Source of the DNA: Escherichia phage EK99P-1
Reading direction: 5' to 3' (one strand)
Length of the DNA stretch: 44,332 bases
Sequence record: NC_024783.1
Shown: piece after piece, positions 9,093-17,439 of the stretch
How positions within the stretch are numbered: position 1 is the stretch's first letter
Layout of the letters: every line of letters begins with the position of its first letter
Program-made: the position numbers and the translations under genes
The notes under the pieces: model-generated
The model's input: only the letters and a program-made list of their open reading frames with translations
Databases searched by the model: none
What the model was told of the DNA's origin: nothing

Positions 9093-9686
9093 GTGGCTGA
9101 AGTCTACTCATTCGCCGCCACTATTGCTACGTGGGTGGATAAGACGAAGGAGAACAACGATAAGGCGGTGCGGGCGTACGGTATGCAAATACTCGGACGC
9201 CTTATTGAAATCTCCCCGGTGGGCGATCCCCGCCGGTGGAAGATTAACAAGGCTTACGCGATGGCCCGCCAGCACGCGAACAAGGTGAACGCCGCACAGC
9301 GCCGCAAGAATGGCGGCAAACTGAAGCGCGGGCAGAAGAAGCACGCCAGTGTGCTCATCTCATTCAAAACTAAAAACGGCAACGTCACGTTCCGCCAGCG
9401 TGGCTGGGCCGCGAAGAATTACACCGGTGGGCGCTTCCGGGGAAACTGGCAGGTTACGTTCGACCGCCCGGCTGTCGGCGCTATTGACCGCGTGGACAAG
9501 GCCGGAACTGCAACATTAGCCGCGGGGCGTGAAGTGCTGGCGCATTACGATTCCGGTGAATACGGGTCGATCTGGTTTACTAACAATGTGCCGTATGCGC
9601 AGCGACTTGAGTATGGCTGGAGTAAACAAGCGCCCGCGGGGATTGTTCGCGTCGTAGCGGCAGAAATCAATTCGAAGGTGAAATAA
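9093..9686 (+). CDS. neck / tail completion protein (putative)
   Basis: 197 aa, GTG start with RBS AAGGGG, tightly packed with neighbours. Confidence 0.45.
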   Translation: MAEVYSFAATIATWVDKTKENNDKAVRAYGMQILGRLIEISPVGDPRRWKINKAYAMARQHANKVNAAQRRKNGGKLKRGQKKHASVLISFKTKNGNVTFRQRGWAAKNYTGGRFRGNWQVTFDRPAVGAIDRVDKAGTATLAAGREVLAHYDSGEYGSIWFTNNVPYAQRLEYGWSKQAPAGIVRVVAAEINSKVK

Positions 9687-10108
9687 TGAGCAATACTCTA
9701 ATCCGCAAGGCGCTTAACAGCGTTGTCGAAGAGCTATCGGTTAGCCTGAGCACTAGCGCGCGCCCGATAAAGGTTAACTGGGAGAACGTGAGCGGCGACC
9801 ACGCAAACGGCAGCGGTGTCTACCTGGAACCATATTTGCTTCCGGCCCCGACCCAGTTTGTGGGCTTCCAGCAGAAGGGCCGGATCTATGCAGGCGTGTA
9901 TCAGGTCGCCGTGGTATTTCCTGCGGGCACGGGCACACAGTACGCGAGCGAACTGGCGGACGCCATCGCGACGTCTGATAAGTGGCGGGCCGTAAGACTT
10001 ACCGGTGCTGCGTTCCAGCTTCAGGACGCGCCATACACCAGTTCGGTGATTGAGGATGTTGATCGTGCCCGCATCGTGGTTACAGTACCCTACACCTGTT
10101 GCGCCTGA
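9686..10108 (+). CDS. tail terminator-like protein (putative)
   Basis: 140 aa, last gene before the major tail protein, overlapping ATGA junction. Confidence 0.45.
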   Translation: MSNTLIRKALNSVVEELSVSLSTSARPIKVNWENVSGDHANGSGVYLEPYLLPAPTQFVGFQQKGRIYAGVYQVAVVFPAGTGTQYASELADAIATSDKWRAVRLTGAAFQLQDAPYTSSVIEDVDRARIVVTVPYTCCA

Positions 10109-10168
10109 TTTGGCGCAATTCTATGCGTGCGGTATCATTAATCCGTATATCTAAACAGGAGCGTCATT

Positions 10169-10894
10169 ATGGGTTATCAACTTCCTAACGGGTCCAGCGT
10201 CCAGATTGGGTCCGTACTGGGTAGCGGCATCGCTGTTACGGCAGCTACCAACGCCGCCGCGTCTATCTCTGATCTTACGAAAGGTTGCGTTATCACCTGC
10301 GCGGCTTCTCATGGCCTGAAAGTCGGCGACGTGGTAATGTTCACTAAAACCCCGTGGGTACGTGCGCTGAACCGAGCGTTCATCGTGGGTAAAGTGGCTA
10401 CCAACGACGTTACGCTGGCGCGCTTCGACACCTCGGACGTGACCAAATATCCTACTGGCGCGTTTGGGGCAGGCACTCCGGGCGAAGTGGTGAAGGTGTC
10501 GAGCTTTATCGACTTCCCTTTCATTACTAACGTTGCCGTATCCGGTGGGGATCAGCAGACGACCACCTTCCAGCCGTTACAGGTGAACACCGCAATCAGT
10601 CTGAACACCACGAAAAACCCGTTTGTTCAGACTTACACCTTCACCCACGACGAAGAAGACCCGATCCGCCCAATCCTGGAAGACCTGGACGGCACACAGA
10701 AAACCACTGTGATTAAGTTCACTAACCCGGCAGCGGCAAGCGGCAAAGGTGAGATCCGTATTTACCCGGCTAAGGTATCTTTCCAGAAGATTCCATCGGC
10801 TGAAGTAAACAACGTGGAGACGGTGGAGTCCACCCTCACTATGCAGTCCGATATGGTTATTTACCGTAAGGACCTGGTTGAAGCGCTGTCGTAA
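10169..10894 (+). CDS. major tail protein
   Basis: 241 aa, RBS AGGAG, followed by a strong terminator and the G/GT chaperone pair. Confidence 0.75.
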   Translation: MGYQLPNGSSVQIGSVLGSGIAVTAATNAAASISDLTKGCVITCAASHGLKVGDVVMFTKTPWVRALNRAFIVGKVATNDVTLARFDTSDVTKYPTGAFGAGTPGEVVKVSSFIDFPFITNVAVSGGDQQTTTFQPLQVNTAISLNTTKNPFVQTYTFTHDEEDPIRPILEDLDGTQKTTVIKFTNPAAASGKGEIRIYPAKVSFQKIPSAEVNNVETVESTLTMQSDMVIYRKDLVEALS

Positions 10895-10924
10895 TTTGGT
10901 CGCTTAAATAGCGGGTGTTAATAT

Positions 10925-10948
10925 GGGGCCAGTACGGCCCCTTTTTTA
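10925..10948 (+). terminator. rho-independent terminator after major tail gene
   Basis: GGGGCC-agtac-GGCCCC followed by TTTTTTT. Confidence 0.7.
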
Positions 10949-10963
10949 TTGGAGAATTACATA

Positions 10964-11326
10964 ATGGCTAAAGCACCACTCTTTACACTTGACCCTAAAC
11001 CGACTTTTAAGCTACCGATTGAGATCCCGCGCCCCGGAGAAAACGAACCTGGCAAAATGACGTTTACCGTGCGCCACCGTCCGATCGACGAGTTTTCGCA
11101 GACCATGCAGGATACTGAGCGCAAGTTGTCAGAATATGACGACAATGACCCGGACGGCTTTAATGTTATGGTCGAGGCCATCATGCACGTCGCAGAAGGC
11201 TGGAATCTGCCGGACGAATTTAACGCGGAGAACGTCCGCCGCTTGGTGGTCAACTACCCGCGCGCGTTCGGCGTGTTCCATACGTCGTACTATCTCGAAC
11301 TGATGGGATTGCGTGAAAAAAACTAA
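10964..11326 (+). CDS. tail assembly chaperone G
   Basis: 120 aa from the ATG at 10964 (RBS GGAG). Acidic protein ending at a slippery A AAA AAC heptamer. Confidence 0.75.
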   Translation: MAKAPLFTLDPKPTFKLPIEIPRPGENEPGKMTFTVRHRPIDEFSQTMQDTERKLSEYDDNDPDGFNVMVEAIMHVAEGWNLPDEFNAENVRRLVVNYPRAFGVFHTSYYLELMGLREKN

Positions 11327-11640
11327 TTGAGGCGGCGCGACGCTTTTATGGCCCGCCGCCACCCTCCGAAGATTTAGCCGCGAGTTTATGGGGCGCGACA
11401 CCTGAAGACGTGTGTCCGCCCGTTGCGCTGTGGCCCGACAACGCGAAGGTAGTCGCAGTCTTCACAGATTGCTCCACGCAATGGCGTACCGGATTTGGCG
11501 GGGCATACGGCATCGACTACGGCGTACTGGAATGGTTATTTAAGATGCACGGCATCGAAAACGCGCAACGTGCGTTTAAAGATATCAAGCTAATGGAACG
11601 CGTTGCGCTGGATGAAATGGCGCGGCAGAACCCCGCATAA
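10964..11640 (+). CDS. tail assembly chaperone GT fusion (programmed -1 frameshift product)
   Basis: The -1 frame is open from 11317 to the stop at 11640. A slip at 11317-11323 joins G to the downstream frame. Confidence 0.6.
11317..11323 (+). other. slippery heptamer A_AAA_AAC for -1 ribosomal frameshift
   Basis: gaA AAA AAC TAA at the end of G. The -1 frame continues open for 105 codons. Confidence 0.6.
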
Positions 11641-11956
11641 CGAAGCGGGACAGGCGGGAAGTACCGTTTTGTCCCGCCTCTGTAAAACCGCATATCTAAT
11701 CACTTTCATTGCATAAACTCAAAGCGGGACAGGCGGGACGTCCCGTTTTGTCACGCCCTGTAAATGTGCATACCTATGCAGATTTCGTGCATAAACCAAA
11801 CGGGACAGAAAGCGGGACAAACAAGAGGCGGGACAAAGCGGGACAGCACCCCGTCCCAGCCAGTGCTGCCGCGGTTTTCAGCCGATCGGGACAGCGGGAC
11901 AGCACCCCAGTCTTTCAGACTAGACGGGGGTCAGTGGCCCCCCTCGTCTGAGACTG
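11641..11956 (+). repeat. GCGGGACA iteron region with terminal long hairpin (copy A, extended)
   Basis: About 10 GGGAC(A) units on one strand, several short GGGAC..GTCCC palindromes. The last 169 bp (11788-11956) are repeated at 39166-39334. Confidence 0.8.
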
Positions 11957-12024
11957 AATAAGGTTTGTTTTGAAATCGCTGATACAATATCCATCGGCAA
12001 CTGCATAAAAAAGGGGACTGCATA

Positions 12025-14667
12025 ATGGCAGATCAGGCAGCAGGCATCACGCTAAAGGCTGATGTTGCACAAATCAGAACGGCAAATACTGTGCTGGACT
12101 CCTTCGCACAGAAATCCGAGAACACAGAAAACAAGGTTAAGAAATTAAACGACACCCTCGGCAAATCCAAAAAGGTGACGAGTGACGCCGCGGGCGGAAT
12201 GGAGAAGCTGGCGACTGAATCGCAGCGCGCCGCCGATGGCATGACGAAACAGGAGCGACTTGCCAACAGGTTAGGCATGTCGACCAAAAACCTGGGCTTT
12301 GCCTCGCGTAACGCCGCATTCCAGTTACAGGATATCGCAGTTACGCTTGAGATGGGGATGCCTGTTCACCGCGTCATGCTTCAGCAGTTACCGCAGCTAA
12401 CTGGGGCGTTTGGCGGACTGGGAAACACGCTGCGTTATGTCGTCGGCACACTCGGCCCGTTAGGGATTGGCATCGCTGCATTAACGGCAACGCTCGGCGT
12501 AGGGGTGGCAATTACGACCCGCGCAGAGAACCAGGTGGCGGCGCTTAATAAGACGCTGGCGCTGTCCGGTAATATTTCAGGCCTGACAGCTAACCAGATC
12601 CTTGTGCTGTCCGAGAACGCCGAGCGCATGGGCGGGTCATTTCGCAAGACGCGTGACACAATCCAGGCGCTGGCGGCGGCGGGTGTGAAAGCGGGTGGTG
12701 ACTTTGGCGCATTGGCTAAGGTAGTGAATGACTTTGCGAAGGTGTCCAGCCAGCCGATCGAGGATGTGGTGGCGGCGGTGGCGAAGCTGTCAACCGACCC
12801 GGTAGGCGGCTTGCGCGCACTGGCGGATAAGTATCACGTCGTAAACGAAGCGCAGATCCAGCAGGTACAGTCGCTGGTTGATGCGGGTCGTGAGACAGAC
12901 GCAGTTGCGTTGGCTAACAAAACAGCCGCTGCGTCGTTCACCAGCATGACCAATGAGATCAAGGCGAACATGGGCACGCTTGAGCGGTCTATGAACGTCG
13001 TCACATCGGCAGCTAAATCGATGTGGGACGCTATCCTGGATGTGGGCCGCGCGCAGTCCTCCAATGAGTCCGAGATGAAAGCGCGCGAATCACTACAGCG
13101 CATGACCACGGCATACTATGCCGAGATGAAAGCGGTAAACGCTGCCGGTGGGGTAATGACCGAAGCGCAGAAAGCGCGTATTAACATGCTTTACAGCGAA
13201 CTGGTCGCCCAGGAAAAAGTAGTGGCGTCGCTCACCCTGCGTAACCGTGCGGAGCGAGACAACGCCCGCGCCGCGGACGAATCAGCAAAGGCGAACGAGG
13301 AGGCCAACCGCACCGCTCGCGACCGCGCCGCGTTCGAGAAGGAGTACGCAACTAACGCGAAGAAGCGCGCTGACGAGATCGCCCGCCTCAATTTGCTGAA
13401 TAAGCGCGGCGTTATCGACGAGAAAGAGCTTGCTGAGGCGGTGAAGCAGGTAAACGAGCGTTACAAAGACCCCGCCCCGAAGAAGGCCGCGGCTGTTCGC
13501 GTGGATGCCGGTATGAAAATGCTGGAAGTCGCACGGAGCGAACTGGCCCAGCTTCGAGAATCCGGCAAGCAGATCGAAGCCAACGCATCGACGCAGACCC
13601 GAACGCAACGCGCTCAAGCGGCCTTAAACAAGCTGATCGCGGATAATGAGCAGTTAATCGCCGCAAGCAAAGAAAGAGCGCTAACGGCAGCCGAAAAGCA
13701 GCAATTAGTCGAGTTCGGGCGCGTGAAGGAAGTCCGCGAGCAGATCGTCGAAGAAGCCAAATTGCTGGACGCGAAAGAGAAGCAGGTTAAGGCGCACGCG
13801 CAGATCGATGCCTTCGTTAAGAACCAGAACGCCGAACTAAAAGCCACCGCCGCGGGCTATGCCCTTTCCACTCGCGAAGCGGCAAACCTGCGCGAAGAAT
13901 TGCAGCTAATCGACCGCCTGAAGCGTGTAGGCGCTAACGATACCGATATCGACAAGGCGGTGTCTAAGCTGCGAGAAGTGCAGGAAGCACAGACCGGCGC
14001 TAACGCCTCGTTATGGGATGGATTCAGTCGCGGGCTTAAGGATAGCGTGGATGAGATGGGTAACGGATATACGCAGATGGCGTCTCTCACGAAATTCACA
14101 TTCAGCGCTATGCAGGACACGATGAACGAGTTTTTCGAGACTGGCAAGCTGAACGCAAAGGATATGGTTAAGTCCATCCTGAGCGAATTAATCAAGCTGG
14201 CTACCTCGCAGGCGTTCAAGTCCATCGTTAGCGCTTTCGGTGGTGACGGCGGCAAAAACGGATTGTTCGGCGCTATCTTCTCTGGCCTTACTAAGAATGC
14301 GGACGGCGGAGCGTACGCAGGAGGCAATCTCGCGGCCTATTCGGGGAAAGTGGTAAGCCAGCCTACCTTTTTCAGTTATGGCGTCCAGGCGTTCGCTAAG
14401 GGCGCTGGGTTGATGGGTGAGGCTGGACCCGAGGCCATCATGCCACTGAAGCGCGGGCCGGACGGGAAACTGGGCGTTGCCGCGTCTGGCGCAGGCGGTG
14501 GTATGGTCGTGACGACTAACGTTTACACGGGGACTGGTAAAACGGATACCAGTGTCAGCGGGCCGGACCCCCGTACTGCGCAAGCGTTCGGCAAGCAAAT
14601 AACCGAGGCGGTGAAGGCCGAGATCGTGAAAGCTACGAAACCGGGTGGAGTACTTTACAAACGATGA
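12025..14667 (+). CDS. tail tape measure protein
   Basis: 880 aa, Ala- and coiled-coil-rich with a Gly-rich C-terminal part, directly after the G/GT chaperone genes. Confidence 0.85.
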   Translation: MADQAAGITLKADVAQIRTANTVLDSFAQKSENTENKVKKLNDTLGKSKKVTSDAAGGMEKLATESQRAADGMTKQERLANRLGMSTKNLGFASRNAAFQLQDIAVTLEMGMPVHRVMLQQLPQLTGAFGGLGNTLRYVVGTLGPLGIGIAALTATLGVGVAITTRAENQVAALNKTLALSGNISGLTANQILVLSENAERMGGSFRKTRDTIQALAAAGVKAGGDFGALAKVVNDFAKVSSQPIEDVVAAVAKLSTDPVGGLRALADKYHVVNEAQIQQVQSLVDAGRETDAVALANKTAAASFTSMTNEIKANMGTLERSMNVVTSAAKSMWDAILDVGRAQSSNESEMKARESLQRMTTAYYAEMKAVNAAGGVMTEAQKARINMLYSELVAQEKVVASLTLRNRAERDNARAADESAKANEEANRTARDRAAFEKEYATNAKKRADEIARLNLLNKRGVIDEKELAEAVKQVNERYKDPAPKKAAAVRVDAGMKMLEVARSELAQLRESGKQIEANASTQTRTQRAQAALNKLIADNEQLIAASKERALTAAEKQQLVEFGRVKEVREQIVEEAKLLDAKEKQVKAHAQIDAFVKNQNAELKATAAGYALSTREAANLREELQLIDRLKRVGANDTDIDKAVSKLREVQEAQTGANASLWDGFSRGLKDSVDEMGNGYTQMASLTKFTFSAMQDTMNEFFETGKLNAKDMVKSILSELIKLATSQAFKSIVSAFGGDGGKNGLFGAIFSGLTKNADGGAYAGGNLAAYSGKVVSQPTFFSYGVQAFAKGAGLMGEAGPEAIMPLKRGPDGKLGVAASGAGGGMVVTTNVYTGTGKTDTSVSGPDPRTAQAFGKQITEAVKAEIVKATKPGGVLYKR

Positions 14668-14703
14668 TAAAATGGCCCCCACATCCATCGTGGGGGATCT
14701 TCT

Positions 14704-15303
14704 ATGGCACAAGGTACAATCACACTAACGAACGGAAGTAAGACCGTCACGGGCGCGGGAACGGCGTTCTTGAGCGAGGTCGGGAAGGTACGCGTATTCG
14801 CCCGCATCGACGGCAACGACTACACCGGAAAAATTGCGGCATTCAACTCTAACACCGTCATCACTCTGGTGGATAACTGGGCCGGTCCAACGAAATCCGG
14901 TGCGGTATATGAGCTAATCGAAGCACACGACCCGCGATCAAACGAATGGCCCTATTACTGGCACATGCAATTGCAAGGCGGCGGAGACGTGCAGTTGGCT
15001 TTCCGGTCCGAGGAATTGCAATTCGGTAACGGTTACGGACAGAACATTGCGGACGGCCCGAACGCCGAAACGAAACAGTTCCCCGTGCAATTCATAGGAC
15101 TGACTACCGACAAGTGGTGCAACCCTAAACTGGTTTACAACTTCCTTCGCGGGCACTTCGTAAAACCGTTCATCGTCACCGCGCCGGATGGCGAAACAGG
15201 TTTATTCGTGGTCGAGCGCTCGAGCTTGTCGTACACTGACAACGGACACTACACGGCAACTGTATCCGCCACCCTTAAGACTGCTATTGGATTCGTAAGA
15301 TGA
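14704..15303 (+). CDS. minor tail protein (gpM position)
   Basis: 199 aa, RBS GGGGGA. N-terminal 26 aa closely resemble the N-terminus of the side tail fibre at 22179. Confidence 0.55.
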   Translation: MAQGTITLTNGSKTVTGAGTAFLSEVGKVRVFARIDGNDYTGKIAAFNSNTVITLVDNWAGPTKSGAVYELIEAHDPRSNEWPYYWHMQLQGGGDVQLAFRSEELQFGNGYGQNIADGPNAETKQFPVQFIGLTTDKWCNPKLVYNFLRGHFVKPFIVTAPDGETGLFVVERSSLSYTDNGHYTATVSATLKTAIGFVR

Positions 15304-16088
15304 ATAAACTTTATCGCGAGGCGACGCGCTTTGACCCATCGGGCCGCGTTCGCCTGATTCACATTGACGCGCAGGACGTGGAACCAGGCGACGGCGCGAT
15401 CGGAGCGGGCCATCACTATTTTCATTACTGCTTTATTCCACACACTGCCGAGGATATTGCTGCCGCTGGTGGTGACGAGGATAAGCTAAAACCCAAATCA
15501 ATCTTCTTCGGCGGGCAGGAGTTCGAATTTTGGCCCTTCGATCTGTCTGGACTTAACTTCTCCACCTCGGCGGCAGCAGAACCGCAACTAACAATCGTCG
15601 ATATTGGCGGCATAATAACCCGGCTGTCGCTGAACCACGACCAGCTACTGGGAGCGAAGGTTGAGATCATTGATACGTTCGCGAAGTTCCTGGACAACGG
15701 GACAGATCCAGACCCGACGCAGAAACGAGTTCAGGAGTATTACATCGACTCGCAGGTCGGGCGCAATCCTGGCAAGCAAATCACCTTCGCACTATCCTCC
15801 CCCGCGGATATGGAAGGGCAGGTCGTCCCCCGTCGCCAAATCATGAATATGTGCGAATGGGCGCTCAACGGGAAGTACGCCAGCGGGGACGGGTGCACCT
15901 GGAACCTTGCGAAGCCCGGTATCAAGTATTACGACGAGCGAGGTAATGAAGTCATTGCGATGAATATGGACCGATGCGGCGGCTGTTTGTCCGACTGCTA
16001 TCTTCGTTTTGGGCAAGGGCTTGCGGACCCTAAAGCGGCGGTGTTGGACTTCGGTGGTTTTCCTGGGTCCAAATTGATTAAGGGGTAG
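15300..16088 (+). CDS. minor tail protein L-like (Fe-S cluster type)
   Basis: 262 aa. C-terminal cysteines (CTWN..., RCGGCLSDC) match the pattern of lambda gpL-type tail tip proteins. Confidence 0.65.
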   Translation: MNKLYREATRFDPSGRVRLIHIDAQDVEPGDGAIGAGHHYFHYCFIPHTAEDIAAAGGDEDKLKPKSIFFGGQEFEFWPFDLSGLNFSTSAAAEPQLTIVDIGGIITRLSLNHDQLLGAKVEIIDTFAKFLDNGTDPDPTQKRVQEYYIDSQVGRNPGKQITFALSSPADMEGQVVPRRQIMNMCEWALNGKYASGDGCTWNLAKPGIKYYDERGNEVIAMNMDRCGGCLSDCYLRFGQGLADPKAAVLDFGGFPGSKLIKG

Positions 16089-16090
16089 CC

Positions 16091-16831
16091 ATGTTAACGA
16101 AAAAGGTTAAAAGCGATATCGCCGCACACGTTGCGGCGTGTCTGCCGGAAGAAGCCTGCGGCCTGGTTGTCATGGTTGGTCGTAAGCAAGTATTCGTCCC
16201 ATGTCTGAACGTATTCGAAGACCCGACCGGCGTGCGCTCACGCAAGGACGCGTTTACTATTAGTGATATGGCCTGGATGGATGCCGAGGATATGGGCGAC
16301 GTCGTGCGCGTAGTCCATTCGCATCCGGGCCAGCGAGAGCTTACCCCCTCACTGGGCGACGTTAATGGATGCAACGGCAGCGGCGTAGTCTGGACCATCA
16401 CTAACGAATATGGCGACTTTATCGAGATCGACCCTGAAGACCCGCCGCTGGTAGGCCGCCGATTTGTTCTCGGAATTACGGATTGTTACGGCCTCGTAAT
16501 GGACTGGCACAAAAAGCAGGGAGTAAACCTGCCAGACTTCCGCGTGCCGTATAACTGGTGGGAGACAGGCGAAAACCTGTATATGGACAATTGGTACGGT
16601 GCGGGCTTCAGGGAATGCGAGGAGAATACGCCTGGGGCGATGGTCATCATGCAGATTAGCGCGCCTGTGCCAAACCACGCAGGGATATTCCTTCCGGGCA
16701 ACCAACTACTACACCATATCTACGGCAGTCTGTCGAGCGTAGTCCCCTTCCGGGCAGGATTTTTCCGCGACAATGTGGTTAAATGGGTCCGTCATAAAGA
16801 CCTACCGGGGGATATCACAAAATGGCAATGA
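16091..16831 (+). CDS. tail assembly protein K-like (JAB/MPN plus NlpC/P60-like)
   Basis: 246 aa with a JAMM-like HSHPGQRELTPSLGD motif and downstream Cys/His residues. Confidence 0.7.
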   Translation: MLTKKVKSDIAAHVAACLPEEACGLVVMVGRKQVFVPCLNVFEDPTGVRSRKDAFTISDMAWMDAEDMGDVVRVVHSHPGQRELTPSLGDVNGCNGSGVVWTITNEYGDFIEIDPEDPPLVGRRFVLGITDCYGLVMDWHKKQGVNLPDFRVPYNWWETGENLYMDNWYGAGFRECEENTPGAMVIMQISAPVPNHAGIFLPGNQLLHHIYGSLSSVVPFRAGFFRDNVVKWVRHKDLPGDITKWQ

Positions 16832-17439
16832 CCACGTTTAAATTGTACGGCGTCTTAGGGCGTCGTTTTGGTAAAGTGCATAAGCTGGACTGCTTCACAC
16901 CAGGCGAAGGACTCACCGGCTTGTGTGTGAAGCTGCCTGGGTTACAAGACTTTTTAATGTCCGCCCACCTGGACAACATGATGTTCAAGGTGCGCAAAGG
17001 CGACCACACAATGACCGGCTATGATGAGCTAGGCGAGTTCCACGGCAACCGCGTCGTTACCATCGCGCCGGTTATGACTGGCGCAAAAAGAGGATTGGGG
17101 CAATTGCTGGCGGGTGTCGCGATCGTAGTGGCGTCGTTCTATACGGGCGGACTTGCTACTGCCGCTTTCGGGGCTTCGGCTGCAACCGCTGCCGCTATCG
17201 GTACGGCTACATTTTCGTTTGGCATGTCGCTTGCGCTGGGCGGTGCTATGCAATTGCTGTCGCCGCAGCCGAAAGGATTGCAGACCCGGCAGGACGTGGA
17301 TAACAAAGCGTCGTATGCGTTCGGCGGCCCTGTAAACACGACCGCGCAAGGTACGGCGCTTGGTGTATTATGGGGCGAGCGTGAGATCGGCGGCGCTATT
17401 ATTTCAGCCGGAATCGTAACCGAGGATTTGAACGAATGA
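16822..17439 (+). CDS. tail assembly protein I-like
   Basis: 205 aa, Gly/Ala-rich hydrophobic C-terminal half, position between K and J. Confidence 0.65.
   Translation: MAMTTFKLYGVLGRRFGKVHKLDCFTPGEGLTGLCVKLPGLQDFLMSAHLDNMMFKVRKGDHTMTGYDELGEFHGNRVVTIAPVMTGAKRGLGQLLAGVAIVVASFYTGGLATAAFGASAATAAAIGTATFSFGMSLALGGAMQLLSPQPKGLQTRQDVDNKASYAFGGPVNTTAQGTALGVLWGEREIGGAIISAGIVTEDLNE

Noticed and set aside
11641-11956. Possible CRISPR array, given short repeated GGGAC units.
   Set aside because: Units are 8-9 bp at irregular 11-16 bp spacing with no unique spacers of 25-40 bp and no cas genes.
11709-11961. ORF-track ORFs 11709-11951 and 11764-11961 (80 and 65 aa) inside the iteron region.
   Set aside because: They lie wholly within the GGGACA repeats and hairpin. 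Their similarity to ORF 39075-39329 follows from the nucleotide repeat, including the divergent core. No RBS, low-complexity translation.
13857-14712. Long minus-strand ORFs (156 and 174 aa) inside the tape measure gene.
   Set aside because: Fully antisense to an 880-aa gene with strong coding signal. No RBS or promoter.
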